From positions 346,944 through 410,943 of the forward strand of contig CBDANN010000005.1 of the NCBI GenBank assembly GCA_965197635.1: 64,000 bases of DNA, given 5' to 3'. The stretch comes from Dehalococcoidia bacterium (GTDB lineage: Bacteria > Chloroflexota > Dehalococcoidia > Lucifugimonadales > UBA3495). The notes below the pieces were generated by a model, which was given only the letters and a program-made list of their open reading frames with translations, was not told the origin of the DNA and did no database searches. Numbering within the stretch: position 1 is the first letter of the stretch; each line of letters starts with the position of its first letter. Of this stretch, positions 57,679 through 64,000 are shown one piece after another. A program made the position numbers and the translations under genes.

Positions 57679-58263
57679 ACGTCATCGCCTCGTGCGCTGA
57701 GGCCATAGCCCAACGGTATGCAAGATCATCGGACTAAAGTGGCGTATTTCAGATATGCCAGTTCGCGATTCAAGACTGCGTTATATGCCTGAGTTGTATG
57801 CCGGGACACGCTGTAGTCGCGTGGAGTTTGTATTGGACTTTTGGTGCGGATTTGGAAATTATCGACAGACGTGAACGGATCGAAACGGTCAAGATCTGGC
57901 CGCTGGCCACGTTGGTTCTCGATCCCCGCCTGATTCGGGTTGGCGAAGAGTTATCATGGCAACTGCATACCAGCCTAGCATTATTGGGGCATTCACAGAA
58001 ACAACCTTGTCTTCGTTTTTCGACCAAAATTCGTCGACCGAATTCCGAGCGCAGCGCTGACATTATCGAGCCTGCCAGCGGTAGGCAGATATGATTTGGT
58101 TAGATCACCCACCAAAGGGTGGGCGCAGAACCCTGTTTTTGCCGACGACCGCAGACTATTGAGCGGGCGTGTACGATGAGTTGATGCGATACACTACGGG
58201 GCAGACACATTCGCACCGGCCCGGTGCCGTCGCTTGGATCGTGGCCCAAAAGGAGAGTTTGCG

Positions 58264-60351
58264 ATGACGGAACCCATTGGCCCGGACTTGTTCCGCCACC
58301 TAACGACAGTGGGAGACATTTCCGTGGCGCCGGACGGAAGCCGGTGCGCCTACGTGCTCTCCTGGGTTGACCGCGATACTTCCGAAGCTCGGTCGCGCGT
58401 GTACCAGGTTGAACTTTCAGATGGCGACGATACGACTGAACCGCAAGCTTTCACCCGCGGCGACGCAGACGGGCATCCTCGCTACTCGCCGAACGGGAAA
58501 TTCCTGGCGTTTCTGCGACCCTCCCAAACCGCTGAATCGACTCCGACCGGTCGCCAGGTGTGGATGATGGCGTCGGGCGGGGGTGAAGCGTGGCAACTTA
58601 CTGAACTCCCCAATGGGGTTCGGGAATTCGCGTGGTCTCCCGACTCTACCAAGCTGGCGGCCGTTGTCGATATTTGCCCCGTAGATGGAGCCAGCGGCAA
58701 GTCCGCTGATGAGCCCAGTGTGCGCGAGGTGAATCGGATTCGCTATCGTCACGATGCAATTGGATGGCGAGGCGATTGCCACTTCCACTTGTTTGTAGTG
58801 GATGCCCAAAGCGGTCAAAGCAAACAGGTGACCGATGGTGACTGGGACGATATGGCCCCGGTCTGGTCGGCAAACGGGAAGAGGATTGCGTTCATATCAG
58901 GGCGATCTGATGAACGCGACGTTACGGCGGGCAACGAAATCTACGTGATAGACGTACCGGAAACTGCGAAGACTGGTGCGATTCAGCCGGAAGCGAAGTG
59001 TTGGTCGCGGGGTTTGACCGATGTTGCCGGGGTTGCGTGGTCGCCGGAAGGCGAGCGTCTGCTGGCTATAGGAGCCGTCGCAGACGGGCTAACGGTGTTG
59101 TGGCAGGCGTACCTGTACGTGCTGGAGCCGGGGAATGATCCGAGGCGATTGACCGACGACCGGATACGCCCCTGCCTTGGTTACCCGGGCATATACCCGC
59201 CTTTGGAGCTTCGCTGGATGGCAGGGGATGGGGACTGCGACGGACGAATTATTTTCCTGGGAGACGCTGCCGGACAGACGCGGGTATATTCGCTGGACGT
59301 GTGCGGCGAGAAGATTGGCAGCGAACCGTTGGAACTCACCGGGGGAAACGAATTGCTGTCAGGCATCAGCTCTGACGCGGATGGCAAAGTCATCGCCGTT
59401 GCGGCTTCGGGGGTGGATGCGCCGTCGGACCTCCATATCGTCATGCCAGCCAATAAATCCGGTGGGGGAACAAAGCGGCGCGCGACGTCCCACAACGACA
59501 GTTGGCTCGAAGACCATCCAGCTGTGCAAATGGAGAAATTCCTCGTTGAACGGGAAGACTGGGATATTGAGTGCCGGCTTTACCATCCGCCGGGGTTTGA
59601 TCCGGCTCAGCGGTACCCGTTGGTGTTGGAAATCCACGGTGGACCGAACGGCGCATTTTACGATTCCTTCGTACCGTGGCATCAGGTGCTGGCGGGAGCG
59701 GGCTACCTCACCCTGGCGGTGAACCCGCGAGGGTCGTCCACGTACGGCGAGGATTTTGTCAACGCGGTCCTGGGAGATTGGGGAGGCGACGACTACCGGG
59801 ATTTGACGGCAGCGTTGGACTGGGTGTGCGAACGGGATTACGTGGATACGGAACGGTTGGGAGTACACGGGTACAGTTACGGCGGGTACATGACGACCTG
59901 GATGATCGGGCAGACGGGCAGATTTCGCGCGGCCGTTGCCGGCGCGCCCTGCATAGACCTTTGGAGCATGTACGGCACGTCGGACATCGCCACCAGTTTC
60001 GGGGAAGCGCAATGGGCCATCCGGTTGGCGGGCGGTATGCCGATCAGCCGGCCGATGATCAGCGAGTTGTCGGAAGGGGTAGATACCCTGGCGTTCAGAT
60101 TGCTGCAAAGGTCGCCGATCAAATACGCTCCCGAAGTGCAAACACCAGTGTTGTTGCTGCACGGGGAAGCCGACGCGAGATGCCCCATCGGTCAGAGCGA
60201 GCAGTATTTTCAGGTGCTGAAGCGGCTGGGCAAGGAAGTGGAGATGGTACGGTTCCCTGGGTGTGGGCACGGGTTCCTGCGGACAGGACACGTGGCGCTG
60301 CGGGAAGCATATTTGCACCGGATGGTTGACTGGTTCAAGAGGTGGCTGTAG
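58264..60351 (+). CDS. S9-family serine peptidase (acylaminoacyl-peptidase/prolyl oligopeptidase-like)
   Basis: AAGGAGAG upstream of ATG 58264. N-terminal beta-propeller and a C-terminal alpha/beta hydrolase with GYSYGGY nucleophile elbow. Confidence 0.85.
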   Translation: MTEPIGPDLFRHLTTVGDISVAPDGSRCAYVLSWVDRDTSEARSRVYQVELSDGDDTTEPQAFTRGDADGHPRYSPNGKFLAFLRPSQTAESTPTGRQVWMMASGGGEAWQLTELPNGVREFAWSPDSTKLAAVVDICPVDGASGKSADEPSVREVNRIRYRHDAIGWRGDCHFHLFVVDAQSGQSKQVTDGDWDDMAPVWSANGKRIAFISGRSDERDVTAGNEIYVIDVPETAKTGAIQPEAKCWSRGLTDVAGVAWSPEGERLLAIGAVADGLTVLWQAYLYVLEPGNDPRRLTDDRIRPCLGYPGIYPPLELRWMAGDGDCDGRIIFLGDAAGQTRVYSLDVCGEKIGSEPLELTGGNELLSGISSDADGKVIAVAASGVDAPSDLHIVMPANKSGGGTKRRATSHNDSWLEDHPAVQMEKFLVEREDWDIECRLYHPPGFDPAQRYPLVLEIHGGPNGAFYDSFVPWHQVLAGAGYLTLAVNPRGSSTYGEDFVNAVLGDWGGDDYRDLTAALDWVCERDYVDTERLGVHGYSYGGYMTTWMIGQTGRFRAAVAGAPCIDLWSMYGTSDIATSFGEAQWAIRLAGGMPISRPMISELSEGVDTLAFRLLQRSPIKYAPEVQTPVLLLHGEADARCPIGQSEQYFQVLKRLGKEVEMVRFPGCGHGFLRTGHVALREAYLHRMVDWFKRWL

Positions 60352-60440
60352 CGTCTTGCCGAGCGGCGGCAGTTTGACAGGGCCGGCGGGGTTTCGTATC
60401 GTACCGAGGCGATGGGATATTCGAGCATGGGAGTGAGATC

Positions 60441-60638
60441 GTGATGACCGACGCGGATATGAGCCTGGAGCAAGTCAAGGGGTTGGCGGATTTGGTGGGC
60501 GTTCCGATTGACGCTGAGGATTTGCCGGAAGTGGCGAACCGCTTTGCCAGCCTCATAAGGGAATTGGACCGGCTGCGGGACATGGACCTGGAAGGGGTGG
60601 AGCCGGTTACGATATTTCCCGATACCGACGGCGGCTGA
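60441..60638 (+). CDS. GatC-like small subunit (AtzG-like partner of an amidase)
   Basis: 65 aa. LEQVKGLADLVGVPIDAEDLPEV...LEGVEPV matches the GatC pattern. No gatB is nearby. Confidence 0.6.
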   Translation: MMTDADMSLEQVKGLADLVGVPIDAEDLPEVANRFASLIRELDRLRDMDLEGVEPVTIFPDTDGG

Positions 60639-60674
60639 CCGCATGGGCCCAGACTGTCTCTTCCGGAGAGTTCG

Positions 60675-61097
60675 ATGCCGCTTGAACTCCAAAGTTTACG
60701 CAACGCAACCACCAGCTTGGGACAAGCCTTGCAGCGCAGCGAGGATCCCACGTTGATGGGAGGAATGGACGAAACGTTGCGTACCGTGGTGCAATCGGGG
60801 GTCATCAAGCACTTTGAGTTCACGTACGAGCTGTGTTGGAAGTTCATCAAACGATGGTTGGAAGAAAATGTAAATCGCACCGTTGCGGATGGGGTGACGC
60901 GGCGGGAATTGTTCCGGCTGGGAGCGGAGCAAAGGCTGATTGACGACGTGGACAGATGGATGGATCACCACGAGGCGCGCAACCAGACGTCTCACACCTA
61001 CCGAAAAGCCACGGCCGACCGAGTGTATGCGGCGATACCCGCGTTCCTGGATGATGCTCGACTGTTGCTCGCTGCGTTGGAGGCCCGGAATGATTGA
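60675..61097 (+). CDS. HEPN-domain protein, HI0074 family (nucleotidyltransferase substrate-binding protein; HepT-like toxin)
   Basis: 140 aa, four-helix pattern, R-x4-H motif in EARNQTSHTY. Confidence 0.8.
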   Translation: MPLELQSLRNATTSLGQALQRSEDPTLMGGMDETLRTVVQSGVIKHFEFTYELCWKFIKRWLEENVNRTVADGVTRRELFRLGAEQRLIDDVDRWMDHHEARNQTSHTYRKATADRVYAAIPAFLDDARLLLAALEARND

Positions 61098-61410
61098 CGT
61101 GCAGGAACGCCACCTCACTGAGACCAAGAAAATACTGGCCGAGCACGTTCCAGACTGCGAAGTCCGCGCGTTCGGGTCGCGAATAGCGGGCCGCGCCAAA
61201 CCCTGGTCGGACCTGGATCTGGCGGTGGTGGGCGCGGAGGCACTGACACTGCGGCGATTGGGGTTGCTGGTCGAGGCGTTCCAGGAATCAACTTTGCCGT
61301 TCCGCGTTGACGTGCTGGACTGGCACGAGGTTTCACCTTCATTCCAAAAGATCATCGACCGACAGTACGAAGTCATCCAGAAGGGACACGCCGCCGGAGT
61401 TAGCCAATGA
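61090..61410 (+). CDS. minimal nucleotidyltransferase (MNT; MntA-like antitoxin)
   Basis: ATG 61090 overlaps the HEPN stop by 8 nt. GS-x10-DLD motif (GSRIAGRAKPWSDLDLA). Confidence 0.8.
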   Translation: MIDVQERHLTETKKILAEHVPDCEVRAFGSRIAGRAKPWSDLDLAVVGAEALTLRRLGLLVEAFQESTLPFRVDVLDWHEVSPSFQKIIDRQYEVIQKGHAAGVSQ

Positions 61411-62846
61411 CTGCATCCAGCAACCACGACGAGATTGTTTTTCTCTCCGCCGAAGCAACGTCCGCGGGCATTCGGAACGGGGATTTCACGGCGACCGACG
61501 CGGTGAATGCTTACCTGCGCCGGATTGACGCTATCGATGGCGACATCAAGTCGTACATCACCGTATGCCGGGAGGAGGCGTTGGGGGACGCTGCTGAGAT
61601 TGACGAAGCGTTGCGCAGGGGCGACGAGGGGGTGGTCAACGCGCCGCTGTTCGGGGCGCCGGTGGCGATCAAGGACCAGTTCAATACGGCCGGGATACTT
61701 ACCAGCAACGGGTCGCGGGCGTACGCTGACAACGTGCCCGTTGCGGACGCCACAGTGGTAGCGCGGCTGAAGGCGGCCGGGGCGATCCTGCTGGGGAAGC
61801 TGAACCTGAGTGAGCTGGCGATGGGCGGTACAGCGGACCCACCATACGGGACGCCGCAGAATCCGTGGCGGCGGGAGCATACTCCCGGGGAGTCGAGCAG
61901 CGGGTCGGGCGCGGCGCTGGCGGCGCACCTGTGCGCGGCGTCGGTGGGCGAGGATACCGGAGGAAGCGGGCGCGGGCCGGCGTCGTACTGCAACGCGGTT
62001 GGATTGCGTCCGACGTTCACTCGCATCAGCCGGCATGGCATCACGCCGATGTGCTGGTTTATGGACGCGGCTTCGCCGATGACCAAGACGATAGAAGACT
62101 GCGCGTTGGTGCTGGAGGCGGTGGCGGGATACGACCCGCTGGATCCAACGACGAGCCGCCGTCCGGTGCCGAACTACCGAGGGATGCTGGACGGGGACAT
62201 TCGCGGGATGCGGGTGGGACGAATGAAGGAGCTGTGCGACGCGCCGGACATGCACGCGGACGTGCGACGGGCTACAGACGAAGCGCTGGATACGCTGGCC
62301 GGGTTGGGTGCTGAGATCGTCGAGGTTTCGCTGCCGCTGACTGAAATCGCCGGAGCGATATTCGTGGGTATTGCGGATACGGAGGGGGCCGGAGCGCGGG
62401 ACGGGTTGATGCGCCGAAACCCGGAGTTGCTGGACCGGGCATCGCGGACGCGGTTGCAATCGGCGGCATTGGTGCCGGCCAAGGTGCAGAACCGGGCGAT
62501 GAAGGCGCGGGTACTGTTGCGGAGGCAGTTCGAGGAGGCGTTCGCGCGAGTGGACGTGCTGGTGTCGCCGACGGCGCCGTATCCCGCGCCACGGCACGAC
62601 GCGCTGACCGCGCCGTTCGAGTCGGCGGACGACGTGCGGCAGAGGTTCTTCTTCCGGCGGTCGTACACAGGATGCTACCCATTGGCGGGGATGCCGGCGG
62701 TGTCGATCCCGGGCGGGTTTACGGAGGACGGACTGCCCATCGGGTTGCAGCTGGGCGGCGGGCCGTTTGCCGAGGGCACGATCTTGCAGGCGGCTTACGC
62801 GTACCAGGAAGCGACGGATTGGCATACGCGACGGGCGTCGGTGTAG
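61407..62846 (+). CDS. amidase-signature family amidase (GatA/AtzE-like)
   Basis: 479 aa. The KD...GGSSSGS-type signature is present as GESSSGSGAA with upstream K in AIKDQ. The ATG overlaps the MNT stop (ATGA). Confidence 0.85.
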   Translation: MTASSNHDEIVFLSAEATSAGIRNGDFTATDAVNAYLRRIDAIDGDIKSYITVCREEALGDAAEIDEALRRGDEGVVNAPLFGAPVAIKDQFNTAGILTSNGSRAYADNVPVADATVVARLKAAGAILLGKLNLSELAMGGTADPPYGTPQNPWRREHTPGESSSGSGAALAAHLCAASVGEDTGGSGRGPASYCNAVGLRPTFTRISRHGITPMCWFMDAASPMTKTIEDCALVLEAVAGYDPLDPTTSRRPVPNYRGMLDGDIRGMRVGRMKELCDAPDMHADVRRATDEALDTLAGLGAEIVEVSLPLTEIAGAIFVGIADTEGAGARDGLMRRNPELLDRASRTRLQSAALVPAKVQNRAMKARVLLRRQFEEAFARVDVLVSPTAPYPAPRHDALTAPFESADDVRQRFFFRRSYTGCYPLAGMPAVSIPGGFTEDGLPIGLQLGGGPFAEGTILQAAYAYQEATDWHTRRASV

Positions 62847-62853
62847 CAACATT

Positions 62854-63229
62854 TTTCGCATATATGGGCAGCGTTCCGTATCAGGTGGTTATTCACATTG
62901 TTGGACCGGATGAACGGGATGGTACGGTTTGCAGGGCCTGGCGCGGCCACGTTTGTGGATTGAAAATCAGGATGTCCCCGCCAGGGCAACCACAAGGGTT
63001 GCCCCTACGCCATGACCGCCTATTTTCATGGTAGTGACGCATTTCGCACGGATGGGCAGCGTTCCGTATCAGGTGGTTATTCACATTGATGGATAGGATG
63101 AACGGGATGGTACGGTTTGCAGGGCCTGGCGCGGCCACGTTTGTGGATTGAAAATCAGGATGTCCCCGCCAGGGCAACCACAAGGGTTGCCCCTACGCCA
63201 TGACCGCCTATTTTCATGGTAGTGACGCA
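62854..63229. repeat. two tandem copies of a 188-bp structured repeat
   Basis: 62854-63041 and 63042-63229 are nearly identical and differ in two small patches. Each contains GGGCAACC-ACAAG-GGTTGCCC and CCTGGCG...CGCCAGG inverted repeats. Confidence 0.85.
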
Positions 63230-63258
63230 ACGGCTGACCCGATAGATCGGGGGAACGG

Positions 63259-63654
63259 CTAGGCGGGAAGGGTTTGGGGGATGGGGATGCCGAAGGCGTG
63301 TTCCAAGGCGCGACGCCACAGGGGCGAGAGGGTGATGGTGGTTTCATCTTGGGACGGCATAGCACGGGTTTCAGGGTGGCACGAACAGGGCCGGGGCGTG
63401 CGCCCGTGCTCATACATGCCGTGGGGGTCGGGACGCTTGGCGAAGGGAGCCCCGATGAGGTCGTATGCGGCGACGATGTCCCGGTAGTTGGGAAGGTCGA
63501 GGATGTCCTGGACGCTGAGGATGGTTGGGGGCGTCGGCTGGGATTCCCGGGGAGGCAGGCCGCGCAACCAACGTTTGGGTACGCGGACGGTTTTCGGCTG
63601 GCCGGCGATGATGGCGGCGGCAGCGTTGACCAGGGCGGCGACGCGACGGCGCAT
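63259..63654 (-). CDS. hypothetical protein (possible fragment)
   Basis: 131-aa ORF with partly plausible composition (DILDLPNYRDIVAAYDLIG). High-GC overlapping ORFs on both strands make it uncertain. Confidence 0.25.
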   Translation of the reverse strand: MRRRVAALVNAAAAIIAGQPKTVRVPKRWLRGLPPRESQPTPPTILSVQDILDLPNYRDIVAAYDLIGAPFAKRPDPHGMYEHGRTPRPCSCHPETRAMPSQDETTITLSPLWRRALEHAFGIPIPQTLPA

Positions 63655-63746
63655 CCGGCGTAAGGTGATGATGGGGTCGGGGTTTGGGTGACGGGTGAGT
63701 CGGGCCGGGTATGACTGGTGGGAGCGACGGCGGCTACCGGATCGAG

Positions 63747-63852
63747 ATTGCCACGTCGCTTCGCTCCTCGCAATGACAAGGGGTTCAGGATGGACGCTCA
63801 GATTGTTGATGCCGTTGCGGATTTGCCACGTCGCTTCGGTCTTCGCAATGAC
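63747..63852. repeat. two copies of a 31-nt dispersed-repeat motif
   Basis: ATTGCCACGTCGCTTCGCTCCTCGCAATGAC (63747-63777) and TTTGCCACGTCGCTTCGGTCTTCGCAATGAC (63822-63852). Confidence 0.7.
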
Positions 63853-64000
63853 GGTGGGTGCGGGATTGGGGCGTGGCTCGGCCGGCTTGCCATGATCCTT
63901 CGACGGGCTCAGGATGGGCGGGTTATGAGATGGTGATGACAGGTGGGCGGGCAGGCTGTAAGCCTGGCGGAAGGTTTTTAGGTGGGAGCGGCTCAGTTGT

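Noticed and set aside
54900-57700. A TOMM/RiPP biosynthetic cluster around the SagB-like gene
   Set aside because: No YcaO or cyclodehydratase, no precursor-like small ORF and no dedicated transporter or protease could be identified.
57850-57960. A possible tRNA or tmRNA-like T-arm (GGTTCTCGATCCCC)
   Set aside because: No acceptor stem, anticodon arm or CCA-compatible geometry could be built around it on either strand.
60696-62861. 721-aa ORF on the minus strand
   Set aside because: It is antisense to four motif-supported plus-strand genes (HEPN, MNT, amidase). It is extremely Arg/Pro/His-rich and implausible as a protein.
63081-63779. 232-aa minus-strand ORF
   Set aside because: It is Pro/Ser/Thr/Ala-rich and low in complexity. 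It runs through the tandem 188-bp repeat and overlaps ORFs in other frames, so it is probably non-coding.

Overview
This is a high-GC bacterial chromosomal segment. The gene content includes F420-type enzymes, translin, GYD, Uma2, FmdB zinc ribbons and many family-5 ABC binding proteins. That mix is what I would expect from a Chloroflexota-like aerobe, but this is only an inference. Housekeeping genes (ffh, ileS, polA, mutM, thiD, thiE, folB, an sbcC-like ATPase) are interleaved with several other elements. These are a coxMSL-type molybdenum hydroxylase operon, three tandem paralogous peptide/nickel-type ABC cassettes, two intact IS elements, a 164-bp MITE and several hairpin or tandem repeats. 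In the ABC cassettes the first binding protein is frameshifted three times and only the last cassette carries ATPases. The IS elements are an IS4-family copy (19-bp IRs, 11-bp TSD) and an IS1380-family copy (4-bp TSD). Four things stand out. (1) The ORFs at 46129-46698 form one reading frame interrupted by a single in-frame TGA in a GD-U-GGC context, followed by a hairpin. This is a candidate selenoprotein with an uncharacterised 348-aa operon partner. (2) A 702-aa tri-domain fusion joins a DapA-like aldolase, an MfnB-like furan synthase fold and a TusA-like domain. (3) Hairpin pairs resembling type I-E CRISPR repeats are embedded in frame at two sites in ileS. (4) A HEPN/MNT toxin-antitoxin pair sits, with overlapping codons, between a GatC-like small subunit and its amidase. 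I recognised no rRNA, tRNA or bona fide CRISPR array. All family assignments come from motif recognition by eye, not from searches.
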